Positions 1 through 12,287 of a DNA stretch of 64,000 bases are shown here, one piece after another. Both the position numbers and the translations under genes were made by a program. Below the pieces are notes generated by a model. It had not been told where the DNA came from. It saw nothing but the letters and a program-made list of their open reading frames with translations, and ran no database searches. Position 1 is the first letter of the stretch. The number at the start of each line of letters is the position of its first letter. This stretch comes from Plasmodiophora brassicae (Eukaryota): NCBI GenBank assembly GCA_036867785.1, contig CP145418.1, positions 744,001 to 808,000 of the forward strand, read 5' to 3'.

Positions 1-409
1 AAAAAGGTCCAGCATATGGCAGCGGCACATCGAACTCGTTGGCTATCGTGTCCAGGTCATGCGTCTCGCTCTGGCAGCCGCCTCGCTCGTAGGCTTGCTG
101 GTGATATGTCTTACCGTTGGGGTCGTCACTTGTCGACGGCGGGCCGGACAACGAAAGCAAGCCGGGTCGGCGAAGAAGGCGTATGATTTGACAACGCTAT
201 CAGCACTGCCCAGGCTGCCGGGCGCGGCTGCTACGAACGTTGAGCGGCCCCAAATGGCGCATACCATGTCGGTGCGGAACAACAACGGCGTGAGGCACCT
301 GTCGACGCTGGCCGATTCGGATTCTTGTCGTGCGCCAACGATAAGGAAGATCGACCTGTCAGATTTGTCCACCTTGCCGCCTATCTCGGAATCGTTTAAT
401 ACTGTCTGA
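1..409 (+). CDS. 3' part of a single-pass membrane protein (hypothetical)
   Basis: Hydrophobic stretch LALAAASLVGLLVICLTVGVV followed by basic RRR stop-transfer and a low-complexity tail; probably starts upstream of the window. Confidence 0.45.
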   Translation, partial: KRSSIWQRHIELVGYRVQVMRLALAAASLVGLLVICLTVGVVTCRRRAGQRKQAGSAKKAYDLTTLSALPRLPGAAATNVERPQMAHTMSVRNNNGVRHLSTLADSDSCRAPTIRKIDLSDLSTLPPISESFNTV

Positions 410-473
410 CTGCTACCAGCATGCCACCATGATACACGTCCATGACGAACAATGTATACTGGGCGGGACAGAA

Positions 474-932
474 TCAGAACTGTGTGCCGCTGTTGACTGT
501 CAGCTTCTTGGCGAACAACGCGTAATCATCGCTCGCATCATGCAGCCTGTTCGCCGCCTGGAGGCGTCGGCGCCGGGAGACAGCACAAGCGATTACGATG
601 CCGACAGCAATAACTGTCGCGAAGACAGACGCCACGATGGCCATGAGAAGAGATGGATAGGAAGTTTTCTTGCTTTCGACGGGCGTAGGTGTCACCAGTC
701 GGTCGAGGTCGGTCGAGGTCCGGCCCCTGACACGCTGGTATCGTAGAGCAAGATAGATAGCGCCAGAAAGAGCGGCACCGGCACCACCGATCACTTCGCG
801 ACGATGCAGGAGCGTACCTGGGACCCCTCCAGGCCTTCCATGTGGGTTTCGGGAACTTTGTCGAGACCCGTACCAACGACGAGCGGCAACCCCTACACCT
901 AAAACAGTCGACGCGACGCCAACTCGCCACAA
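474..932 (-). CDS. Hypothetical membrane protein (two hydrophobic helices)
   Basis: ORF with GAGAALSGAIYLAL and LLMAIVASVFATVIAVGIVIACAV-RRRR segments. Confidence 0.4.
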   Translation of the reverse strand: MWRVGVASTVLGVGVAARRWYGSRQSSRNPHGRPGGVPGTLLHRREVIGGAGAALSGAIYLALRYQRVRGRTSTDLDRLVTPTPVESKKTSYPSLLMAIVASVFATVIAVGIVIACAVSRRRRLQAANRLHDASDDYALFAKKLTVNSGTQF

Positions 933-1036
933 CCTATCGCAGAACCGTCAGAAACGTCATCGAGTTCACTGGCCTGGATCCGATTACGTGGAGGCATTGC
1001 GCTTAGAGGGCGACATGGACGCCGGCGTTTCAACCT

Positions 1037-2458
1037 TCAAGGGCCTGCGGAACCATCGTTAATACCAGCACTTTGGACGTCACGAAAACTTGAAAGATAC
1101 GGCGAGGTCTTGCTAGGGGGAACCTGTTTCCCAGACGCAGAGGAACGATAGGTCGGCTCGGGTTTCTGGCTGTTGAAATGAGAAGGCGGAGTATAAGCGG
1201 GCAGCGTGCCATCGTTCTGCACTGGCAGAGGTCCTGAAACACTGGCAAGGTTTCCCTCCTGGCAGCTAGCGGAATTGGGCGTGCCACGCGTATTGATGTA
1301 CCTGCGTGAGACGTTTAAGATGTAAGCAACGTCAAAGACATACACCTGTCATACTCGTGGCCGGGACGCATATTGCGGGCCTGAATTCCTGGAGCGTTGA
1401 CGAGCCCAGCCTGACGATCGGGCAAGGAGGACGAACCCTTGCCATCCCCCTTCCGCCTTTCAGCATGTTTGAGAACAATTGCGCGATACCAGTTTCACAA
1501 CCATAACCGTACCCGTACGGCTGGAACTGAATGGGGCGACTTATCGCAGAATGCGGTTTCCATTCTGCCGTCCGCTGACAGAAAGCGCAATCTGAAGTTT
1601 GTTGACAGAAAGCGCAATCTGAAGGATGCTGACAGAAAGCGCAATCTGAAGGATGCTGACAGAAAGCGCAATCTGAAGGATGCTGACAGAAAGCGCAATC
1701 TGAAGGATGCTCGTCAAAATTGCCTTCTCTGTCGGACCGTCAGTCAGGTTATCGTGTTGCAAATGATGATGACGAATGGACGGTACATGATAACATCCGC
1801 GTCTTTCCACGGCAGAGGCCGGACACCAGCGGTACTGAGCTGTATGGAGATGGCCGACGCTGTAGATTTGCCCCATTTCACTGCCTCGTCCAAGGCAGAG
1901 CAACGCTTAACGAGGCCTGTAGTTACGGTCGACAGCACAGGTCTCACTGTAGAGCCAATGAACCACTCCCACGATAGTCCAATGAGTCCCTGCTCCTGGT
2001 CGTCGCTGCCCGCGTGTTTCACAACGACCGCCCCGTCAGACTGCCTGCGGGCGTTCTGCCGTTTCTTCTCCGCAGCGCCTTTCGCCACGTAGTACCGTTC
2101 TGCGACCGAGATGATGAACTCCCAGTGGCATTTCGAGGACCGATCAGGTTGTCTGATTCGAAGCCTGTGACCGCCCCAGCACACTAACAGTGTCGGAATC
2201 AGGCGCTCGCATGACGACATGTCAACACCAGTCGCATCGATAGTACTGCAGCAGTCGAACGCAATCAGAGCACGTCGCAGATGCGATTCCGAAAGCTTAC
2301 AGTTCGTCGAGGTCGGACAGCGCCTCCACGTCGGCGACGGTCAAGTTGTGGTTCAGTAAACGCGATAGCTGGACCCTGTCACTGATGACGTTCGTGGCGA
2401 GACCGCCATACAATCCAACTGCGAGCCCAAGAAGAAAACATAGACGACGCTGCGGCAT
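1037..2458 (-). CDS. Secreted hypothetical protein with Cys-rich (HPSDCAFCQ)n repeat, multi-exon; 3' end approximate
   Basis: Signal-peptide-like MPQRRLCFLLGLAVGLYGGLAT at 2458; GT-AG intron about 1785-1729 with CTGAC branch site places the 27-bp repeat in the open HPSDCAFCQ frame. Confidence 0.5.
1574..1711. repeat. Tandem repeat, 27-bp unit x5 (GCTGACAGAAAGCGCAATCTGAAGGAT)
   Basis: Five contiguous units without spacers; first two slightly diverged. Confidence 0.97.
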
Positions 2459-2757
2459 CGTTGTCCCGGACGACGCTGCCACAGCCCAGAAGCGCTCCGA
2501 TCCGTTGGACAACAGCTGCCTACCCAGGCGTGTTGGCCAAATCCGGGCACGCACGGAATCGATTCGATTCGCCCGAACCCAGGTGTCCAAATATAGGCCA
2601 GACCCACATCCATCGGGCCCGTACGTTGAACCTTCCGCAGAACGTTCGTCTTTAGCAGTATATATGTCAGGACTGGTGAAACCCCATCCCCTGACCGTGC
2701 TAAGGTTGGCCTTCCGATGTCACGCTGTCGCCGCCAGAGGATTGTATCTTTGTTGTC

Positions 2758-3162
2758 GTGCATTCACCGTCTTTCTTACGCTCAGAGCATAACGGATGGC
2801 GTTATGGACGCTCCCGAACCGGGGGTGGGGCCTATCGTGGGGCAACCGACATTCCGCCCCCATTTATGGAACAATATGTCAACGAGGAGGAACGGGACTA
2901 CCTGCCGGGATGGGATACTCGGTGCCCTCGTGTCCATAATCAAGTTTACGCGGAAGACCTTTGCCTCGAACGACACGTCAACTGTCGCAACGCGGGGTTC
3001 ACGAGGCCCAACTATGTTTGGGACCATCCATCCTTTCTCAGTTCCGTCTACCCGAGGTATGCCATCGGCACTCGCACCCGAGCTGGTTATAAGATCAAAT
3101 GGGACCAGCAGAACGATGCCGGAATTGTACCAGGACCAGCGTATGGCCAGCCGGTAGGATAG
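2758..3162 (+). CDS. Hypothetical protein (probably has an upstream exon)
   Basis: 134-aa ORF of natural-looking composition, convergent with PEPCK; no family recognised. Confidence 0.35.
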   Translation: MHSPSFLRSEHNGWRYGRSRTGGGAYRGATDIPPPFMEQYVNEEERDYLPGWDTRCPRVHNQVYAEDLCLERHVNCRNAGFTRPNYVWDHPSFLSSVYPRYAIGTRTRAGYKIKWDQQNDAGIVPGPAYGQPVG

Positions 3163-3292
3163 CAGAATAGAACAGGTTGCTGGACACTACTCTAATACAT
3201 TGGCGGTATCCTCTGAGTCTGCCTTGTGAGAAACATGGGCAAGGTTTACGCGAATGTGTGGACACAATTCGTCAACGTGGCTGGATCGCACT

Positions 3293-5669
3293 TCACAGCT
3301 TCGGGCCAGCACTGGCGATTTCTGGGGTCGACTGGTCCTTGTACTTCTGGAAGTTCTTGTCGAACAGTTTCGCCAGGCTCTCAACCGCACCCGTGAACGC
3401 GGCTTTGTCCGTCCACGCCTTCTTAGGGTCCAACAGCTCTGCAGGAACGCCGTTGACCGCTTTCGGGATATCCAAGTTAAACACCTGGTAAGCAAACATT
3501 AACAACAGAACACACAATCGCATTAACCGCCCCGTACTGGGAATTTCTCGTACTCGGCTTTGGCGAGTTCACCGGAGTGAATCGCGTCGACAATGAGACG
3601 AGAGTACTTGAGTGGGCAACGCTTGCCAACTCCATACTTGCCACCAACCCATCCCGTATTGACGAGCTTTTGATATTGTCAGATATAATTTACACTACAC
3701 CAAGGAGCGGTTACCCAGGCTGTGCAGCGGAACTTCTCCAGTTTCGCAGCCAACATAGTAGCGTACTTAATCGGGTGCCAGACGAGGAAGGGCTGACCGA
3801 AGCACGCCGAGAAGGTAGCCTCTGGTTCAGTGACACCAACCTGTACAAAGAAAGACGGTGAGCTTTGATCTTACCAAATATCAAACCGGTGCATACCTCA
3901 GTTCCAGCAATCTTGGCCGTGTATCCTGATACGAAGTGATACATAGCTTGCCTATGACATTCACATTGTCAGATTGGTCACGTGACAAGCACGCTCCACG
4001 TTACGCCGTCGTCAGACGCGATACGGGCGGTAGAACACCGAACGCGTCGCACGTCAGTAAAATGATATTCGTTGGGTGGCCGCCGACACAGGGGATCAGC
4101 GCGTTGGGAATGTACTCGATCGGGTACGCAGCACGGGTGTTTTCGGTAATCGAGATGTCGGAGTAGTCAACAACGCGACTGACTGGATCGAAGACGACAT
4201 TCTCCAAGACACAGCCGAACCGGATGGCATCGAAAATCTCAGGTTCGCTCTCCTTAGACAGGTTAATTGCTTTAGCATAGCAACCACCTATCAGGCGCAC
4301 GGCGTCAGTATGAATAAATGACTGTCTAAGCAGGTGAGAATACCCTCGATGTTGAAAATTCCATGGTCACTCCAGCAGTGTTCGTCGTCACCGATTAGGA
4401 GACGTTTCGGGTCAGCCGACAGGGTTGTTTTCCCCGTACCCGACACTAGCTCATTATGAGATTATAGTTCGTTATTCCAGTCCTAATAGTGCTTACATCC
4501 GAAGAACAGCGCAGTGCTCCCATCAGTCGGGTGCTGGTTCGCTGACGAGTGCAGGGAAAGAACGCCCCTTTTCGGCATCAAATCTAGGAGAACCGCCTTT
4601 ACTGCTGAGCACAGCATGCACATTCACATAACATACAGTGCATGACGGTGAAGATGCCCTTCTTCATTTCGCCGGCGTACAGAGTGCCCAGAATGACCAT
4701 CTCACCACGTGCGAAGTGTAATGATACAGAGCTGAAAGAATGTCATTCAGACCACGAGATATCAATGTTCGGGATTTTGTCCATACGTTGCAGAAGTCAT
4801 ACCAGCCGTGTACCGGTTCGCCGGGAACCCCTACATCAATCAACTCCACGTTCATTACCGAAACCAAATGGAGTCCATCGACCGACATACGCCTGCATTG
4901 TAGATGGTGAAATCGGGATCTCCATACGACTGAAGCTCTTCCGCAGTGGGACGAATCAGCATGTTCTGCATAAACAGAGCATGGTATGCCCGGTTGCAGA
5001 TAACGCGAACTAGAACACTGCTGTCAAAGACCATGCAGAATACGAACCACTAGCGCGTACCTTTGATCTGGTACTTCTTGTCCCATCCGGCAAACCCATC
5101 GAAAACGCTGCGAACACGTCAGCCTCAACTGAAAATTATCAACCGGCACATGCGCCCTACTATAAACGGGGCGAAGTGTTCAGGTAATCAATTGCGCGCT
5201 CGCGGTTGATCATGAAGCTGTTTGGCTCGAGCTTGATGTTGACAGGACCCCACCATACGTTGTCGCGCGAAGATTCCTCGTCGACAATGCGCTTGTCGCT
5301 AGGCGAACGACCCTAAAGCCCATTTCAATACCACTATGTATATGAAAATATACCACTTACAGTCTTCTCGCCAGATAACGTCGCCAATGCACCAGCCGAC
5401 GTGATGTTTGTGCCTTGCTCGTACCGGAGAGCGTGCTCATAAAGCAACGCAGGGGATGAGTTGTGGAATACTTCGCTGGAATTCAAGCCGAACGATGCCA
5501 AGCGGCTACAGACGTCGGCCTCTATGGACGCATATTGGCCCTTGTTGGCGAGCTTGGCTTTCGGCGACGGTTCACCTTTGGCCGTCGAAGATGCCGTCGG
5601 TGTCACTGCAAGCGCCGACTTGATGGACGGCAACAATCCGTTCTCGATCGAGACGCGCGTGGGATCCAT
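3293..5669 (-). CDS. pckA: Phosphoenolpyruvate carboxykinase (ATP), multi-exon
   Basis: Motifs [90 protein letters not shown]-terminus SAGPKL*. Confidence 0.97.
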
Positions 5670-6292
5670 CGCCCTGACGTACTCCTCTTTCGGCCTTCCC
5701 AAGCGAAACGATGGTGCGACTCGATGGCGGGCGCGTGCCTGTCAGCGACGGCGATCCGGCAACAACCCGACAACACAATCCCACGAGATTCCTCCGGAAC
5801 CGATATGACGCCCCGCTCGGGTCTCGCCACCCTGCCCTTGGGGCGAAAAATCGCACACATATTTTGTCGACTGTTCCTTTATGTTACCTCGACCGACCCA
5901 CCGACCCGGCACGTCGCAACCCATCGGTCCAGCGGCACCGCGATTTTCAACGTGGTGTCGACCGTCAGTCGGTCTCCAGTCTCCGCTCAAGGTACCGACT
6001 TTATGGTGCTTGTTCCCCCTGACTTGACCATTTCGTCGACGAAGAGCACCTCGCTTGGGTGCCCCATCCATTCTTCTGACGCTCCCGGACGGGCGTCAAC
6101 TCGATCTCTGTCCGGCAGAGTACATACCCGGCATGAGCGTCCAATTCAGTGTCCAGGATTTCGGAGACCCCTAAGGTCTAATTTCCCGTGTTCTACATTA
6201 TCCGAATGAGGAAATGCTGCTTCATGAGCGCCTTGCGGTCTCTGAAGCAACTGTTTAAAAGAGGGTACTCGGGCGCGCGCAGCACCATACCT

Positions 6293-6830
6293 ATGCCTCC
6301 AGTGACCAGCACGAGGGTGTGCGCCTCGTCACGCTGCTCTGTAACTATCATATCTCGCGGCCAGGTCAACCGGCCCTCGGTCCACGACGACACAAAGGCG
6401 CCTATCGGGATGTTCGCGTGCAGTTTGAGGGCACCAGCCACTCGAGTCATCCAGAGTGCATTATGGTTCGTACCGTCTGTGATGAGAATCGTGCAGCGGC
6501 ATACGATCAGTGTCATGTTTGCGCTGATGTCGCGCGACAGGGAGTCCCTTTGTCCACCTGGGAGGACATCTTGGGTATGGGTCGAAGACGACACCGAACT
6601 CTGTGCTGGCGCCATGGACCACCTCGACAGCATTGATCCCTGGATTGCGTCTTTGCACGATTCGTCAGTTATCTGTCGCCCTTGTTGCGCTCTTGTTACT
6701 TAGTTATCGTGCCGACACAGCAATCGTCTTGTCTACGTGGGAACCTCCTTCGGGTTCAACGGGCGTGTCGTTAGATGCAAGAAGCATGATGAATTTGCCG
6801 AGAGGTCGCCGACGTCCGCCAATTCGGCAA
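6293..6830 (+). pseudogene. Truncated paralog A of the GT54-like glycosyltransferase family
   Basis: High identity to 7200-7770 (WVWVEDDTELCAGAMDHL), but the TM-coding segment is deleted and homology stops before the Cys-rich C-terminal exon. Confidence 0.7.
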
Positions 6831-7199
6831 ATGGTAACGGGGACTTTCCTTGACCGATGCAGAGGTCCGCCGCGTTCGTGCACGATTACTCTGGGTGCTC
6901 ATTATCACTGGCGCTAGACTGGTAGATCCAAGCAGCTACATGAAGTATACTATTTATAGAAACGTGGTGGACTGGATCTAGCGCGTCTGTGAAACGGAGG
7001 AGGAGCCAACGTCGTCGAGGCTGGAATGGACTGAGTGGTTCCTGTGTCATTGCCTGCAGGCACGGGATTTAACATTCACCCTACGGCGCGGGGGCCACCA
7101 GAAGACCTGATTCTTTGCATTGGGCACCTTTTGGGCGGTGAGTCAATTGCTACACGAATGAGGCTGGTCTATGCTCCTGGCGCGTGCCCTACTGTACCT

Positions 7200-8404
7200 A
7201 TGCATGCAGCGACCAGCACGAGAGTGCGCGCCTCGTGGCGCTGTTGGCAGCTGGCAGTCATCGTCCTCGTGGCAATTCTATTGCTTCGCAACTATTATAT
7301 CGGGGTCATTCCGCTTTCAAAAGGCGCTCGGTCCATGACGACACAAAAGCCGCCTATCAGGATGTTCGGGTGCAGTTTGAGGGCACCAGCCACTCGAGTC
7401 ATCCAGAGTGCGTTATGGTTCGTACCGCCTGTGATGAAAACCGTGGAGCGGCATACAATCAGTGTCATGCTTGCGCTGATGTCGCGCGACAAGGAGTCCC
7501 TTTGTCCACCTGGGAGGTCATCTTGGGTATGGGTCGAAGACGACACCGAACTCTGTGCTGGCGCCATGGACCACCTCGACAGTATTGATCGCTGGATCGC
7601 GTCGTTGGACGATTCGTCAGTCATCATTTGGCCTTGTTGCAGTCTTGTTACTTAGTTTTTGTGCCGACACAGCAATCCTCTCGTCTACGTGCGGACATCC
7701 TTCGGGTTCAATGGACATGTCGTCAGATGCAAGAAACATGATGAATTTGTCCAAGCTGCTGCCGACGCTCAGGTAGAGCTCGAACCACTCAGGGTCAACC
7801 CAGGGATCTTATCGAGGTTTTACAGGGACAACCTGCGATTGATGATCGATTGGCGCAGCTGTTGAGAGGTCGTACTGCAGTCTACAGATGGAACTTGTTC
7901 AACCATCGTGCAACCAGTTCGACTATTCAAACGGAATCGACGATACTTCGGGACCTACAGACGCCAAAGTGCTACCAGTTGAACACGGAGACGCTCATCT
8001 GGCACGAACGATACGATTCGCGATGCCTTGCAGCTGGTTTCGCTCTCTCACCGTGTACAGATTATGGTGCACCAGTCGCGATGTTCCCTTCCGTCCCTCT
8101 ACGATTCCCTGACGCCACCGAGCAAGATTCTGTCGTCACCGTTGGAGATGGGACCTGCAATGAAATTTGTGCACCCAGAAGATGTTCAGACGAGCGCCTT
8201 CAGATGCTGAACGAGCGCATGAAATACGACGGCGTCGTACCCGTCCTGAAGGACGGTTCACCGGTTTGCGATGTCCTGAGAGGATCCACATACGATGGTG
8301 AAGACCAGCCAAGAGTAGTTGAGGGCAGTTGTTACGTGCGTCTGGGCAACCTTCCTACATGCAGTGGTAGGGGTTTCCAAAGGCTTTGCCCGTGCGAGGC
8401 CTGA
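7200..8404 (+). CDS. Type II membrane glycosyltransferase, GT54/MGAT4-like core plus MGAT5-like Cys-rich C-terminal domain (paralog B, 2 introns)
   Basis: TM WQLAVIVLVAILLL; WVWVEDD; YVRTSFGFNG; PAIDDRL..YRWNLFNHRATSSTI; C-terminus TCNEIC..RCSDERLQMLN..CY..PTCSG..QRLCPC. Confidence 0.6.
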
Positions 8405-8780
8405 TAACAGACCTGACCTGCCATGTTACGGGAAGGGTTGACATTTTACTCTAGAAGGTTAACTGGACGGCCAAGTCTGAAATCAACTAAATGGGTATGC
8501 AGCTCTTTGGCAGACATTTGCACAGACGACGAACGTCGTGCCGTGATATCTGGCAATCCAGCTTGTGCTCATTGCCTTTCACGATGCACGTGTCAGCAGA
8601 AGTTATCGCACGAGAATTAGGTCCATCATGTGTGGTGCATGCGACGCAACACTCACCAGCAGCTTTGAGTGATATACTGGTTAACTATGACTTCGTTGCA
8701 TGAGCCACCAGACGCTGCATACGGAAGGTCGACATGTCGTGAGCTGTAAACATGCAGCGTTGTGTGGGTTCGAGTGCTGC

Positions 8781-8938
8781 TCAGCATATCAGTACTTTCC
8801 GAACCGAGTTTGACCCGATTCCCGACGCGGTGCTCTCTCGGTCGCGAACAGGCGCCGATCGTAGTCGTGGTAGAAGGTGTCCATCGATGACGCGTTGCCC
8901 GTTCGTGCTATGCAGCATGCAACGCAAACGAGTGACGC
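8781..8938 (-). pseudogene. Decayed 3' fragment of the SPRING1-like gene carried in block B
   Basis: CVACCIARTGNASSMDTF matches the last exon at 16954-17160, followed by frameshift/stop. Confidence 0.7.
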
Positions 8939-9724
8939 CTTGGTTTGTGGTTTCGAATGTCCTTATGGGCATCCGGCTTCTGGCACAGCTCAACGGCCAT
9001 CGGTTAAGCTTGTTGGCCAGAGGTATTACCTGCGCAAGGGGATCTCTCACAGGTGGGCTTAGTGCCGCTCCTGGATACGTATGCGTCGTTGAGTTCTTGT
9101 GCAACAACGGGCGTCTCGCATGAGGACGCGCGTTCATGGCCGTTCGAATAGACTAGGAGTGCGTTGCACGTCTCGGATTCCGTACCCGAGCCGATCCACA
9201 AATATGGGCGCAAACCTCGACCCGGTGCCTCAATTGCCACTGTGTGCCCAGCGATCGACCATCTCGAGCGGAATCGTGTGTTCGGACTTCGGACAGTGCT
9301 CATCCTGATTCGCTGGCCCCGATTCGCGCACCAGCAATCATGCCCGGGAGAAGCAAACATGGGTCGTTAAGCACCGATCTACGGAAGCTCAAAGAAAGGG
9401 ATCTGGTGGCCCTCTCACAAATAGACTATTTCTGACTTTGCTTATAGGCCCGTATTATGGAAGCGGTTCGTCAATTGGAATTCGTTCGCGTCATTTGCGA
9501 CATTGGTCTTGTTGCTCACAAAAACATACCATTGGCGGCAGCATCTTATGATGGAGTCGCTCTTATTGGCTAGCCGACCACTGGAGATGTTATCTTGGAG
9601 TTCAAAACAGTCATTGCTGTTAGCGCACTGGATGAAGCATACGGCATTCGGACACGCTTAGGAGAACTGGTCGTCGTTGCGGATGTCGGGGACAAGGCGT
9701 GGTTTGAAAGCATCATATTCGAGC

Positions 9725-9932
9725 TGTCATGAGTCATCTCCACCACAATGACTCACGCCACTCACCTTCCGGCATCTAGCCACCTTCCGGCACCAAGCCA
9801 CGTTCCGAGACCAAGGCCTTCACCAGCCGCGCCCTGGTCCTCAGTCAGCATTCTCATGTCTACTCGATACACCGCGTGATCGGTAGTCATCGCACACTGT
9901 CGTGCACCAGCGTTGTCAGGTAGTTCTCCACA
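9725..9932 (+). repeat. LTR1 (208 bp)
   Basis: TGTCATGAGT...TTCTCCACA; preceded by TSD. Confidence 0.95.
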
Positions 9933-10474
9933 TTTTTTTGCGATGAACCAACCGACACGAAGGTGGAGAAAAGGGCTCCTAACCATATCCTCTTCCGCGC
10001 GATCATTGAGGTCCGACAAGCACGGCCTCTCCAACAAGCAACAGCGCGATGCACGACACGCTAGATACCCGCATGCGCCCGCTGACTCCATGCAGGATAT
10101 CGTCAAGCGCCGTCATCAACACGACCCCCGGTTCAGAACCGTACCATCCGCGCCGGACGCAAATCCACCGGCCGGTACCCGACATCATCGGGGAGACTTT
10201 CATCCACATGGAAGTCGCTCTTCCGGCACAACAACCGGCACCATTCCAGCCGTCGCCCCCGTTCCGCATTCACCGTACTGGGTACCTTTGCCCGCGAATC
10301 TCCCGAGGTTCCACGAGTTCTATTGCTCAACTTCCAGGCGCAACTGTCTACAAGCGCAGATCTTCCGTCAGCCACATCTGCATGCACGTCGTTCACGATC
10401 CCTAGTCAACGGCGCCTCTTACGACCCTCCTGCCCTGGGTAGAGTTTTCTACAAAGTCTTCTCCAGCGGCATTA

Positions 10475-10916
10475 CCGGCTCCACGCCACCCTCATCATCC
10501 GCATCAATTGGTCTCAGCCGTCTCCGGCGCTGAACATCCCAACGTATATGGCAACGACATCGCCATCGTCCTCGGTAACGACATCACCGACGGTCCTACC
10601 GGCTCCACGCCACCCTCATCATCCGCATCAATTGGTCTCAGCCGTCTCCGGCGCTGAACATCCCAACGTATATGGCAACGACATCGCCATCGTCCTCGGT
10701 AACGACATCACCGACGGTCCTACCGGCTCCACGCCACCCTCATCATCTGTATCAATCGGTCTCATCGACCTCCACTCAACGACTTCAACCGGCTCCTCGC
10801 CACCCTCATCATCCGCATCAATCAGTCTCAGCCCAGGAATGTGCCACTCCGGCACTGAACGTCCCAGCGTATATGGCAACGTCATCGGCATCGCCCACGG
10901 TAACGACATCACCGAC
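10475..10916. repeat. Internal 124-bp tandem array, monomer 1 (2 full plus 2 degenerate units)
   Basis: Unit CCGGCTCCACGCCACCCTCATCATCC...CACCGACGGTCCTA starting at 10475 and 10599; variants at 10723 and 10789. Confidence 0.9.
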
Positions 10917-11324
10917 TGCCATCGAACAGACCTAGCGGCATCACCGCCACGAATGCACATCCACTCGTTTTCTTGACGTCCACGGCATTGATATCGCCGC
11001 CCAAGCGCGGACAAGCAAATTTACACTCAACAATGGCCCAGAAGTGTGCCATCTCCGACACTGAACGTGTCAACATCCAGGTCCGAAGCAGCTCCCGACA
11101 CTTCTCTCACCCGCAACTCCAGAACCCTGTCACAGATTCTGCGAGTCCGAAACAAATATGAGCCGCGTCTCCAGCCAGATCGCACAGTTCTCAAGTTGCG
11201 AGCCAGCCCAATCACATCAAGCCGCACATCACGCGCACCATCAAGATTCACTTGACCCGCAACCTCATCAAGCCGCTCATCACGCGCACCTTCCACCCCC
11301 ACATCCCTTTTTGGCGGGGGATGA

Positions 11325-11532
11325 TGTCATGAGTCATCTCCACCACAATGACTCACGCCACTCACCTTCCGGCATCTAGCCACCTTCCGGCACCAAGCCA
11401 CGTTCCGAGACCAAGGCCTTCACCAGCCGCGCCCTGGTCCTCAGTCAGCATTCTCATGTCTACTCGATACACCGCGTGATCGGTAGTCATCGCACACTGT
11501 CGTGCACCAGCGTTGTCAGGTAGTTCTCCACA
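11325..11532 (+). repeat. LTR2 (208 bp)
   Basis: Same sequence as LTR1 by eye; preceded by PPT. Confidence 0.95.
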
Positions 11533-11537
11533 TTTGA

Positions 11538-11745
11538 TGTCATGAGTCATCTCCACCACAATGACTCACGCCACTCACCTTCCGGCATCTAGCCACCTTC
11601 CGGCACCAAGCCACGTTCCGAGACCAAGGCCTTCACCAGCCGCGCCCTGGTCCTCAGTCAGCATTCTCATGTCTACTCGATACACCGCGTGATCGGTAGT
11701 CATCGCACACTGTCGTGCACCAGCGTTGTCAGGTAGTTCTCCACA
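11538..11745 (+). repeat. LTR3 (208 bp)
   Basis: Same sequence; separated from LTR2 by only TTTGA; followed by T7-GCGATGAACC as for LTR1. Confidence 0.95.
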
Positions 11746-12287
11746 TTTTTTTGCGATGAACCAACCGACACGAAGGTGGAGAAAAGGGCTCCTAACCATA
11801 TCCTCTTCCGCGCGATCATTGAGGTCCGACAAGCACGGCCTCTCCAACAAGCAACAGCGCGATGCACGACACGCTAGATACCCGCATGCGCCCGCTGACT
11901 CCATGCAGGATATCGTCAAGCGCCGTCATCAACACGACCCCCGGTTCAGAACCGTACCATCCGCGCCGGACGCAAATCCACCGGCCGGTACCCGACATCA
12001 TCGGGGAGACTTTCATCCACATGGAAGTCGCTCTTCCGGCACAACAACCGGCACCATTCCAGCCGTCGCCCCCGTTCCGCATTCACCGTACTGGGTACCT
12101 TTGCCCGCGAATCTCCCGAGGTTCCACGAGTTCTATTGCTCAACTTCCAGGCGCAACTGTCTACAAGCGCAGATCTTCCGTCAGCCACATCTGCATGCAC
12201 GTCGTTCACGATCCCTAGTCAACGGCGCCTCTTACGACCCTCCTGCCCTGGGTAGAGTTTTCTACAAAGTCTTCTCCAGCGGCATTA

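Larger units (their letters stand above)
6941..8938. repeat. Segmental duplication block B (paralogous to 15047-17158)
   Basis: Collinear similarity from TGAAGTAT.CTATTTA through the GT gene and 3' flank into the SPRING1-like 3' end. Confidence 0.9.

Noticed and set aside
1574-1711. 27-bp repeats as a CRISPR array, or ADRKRNLKD coding on the plus strand
   Set aside because: No spacers or cas genes, eukaryotic context; splice signals favour the minus-strand frame
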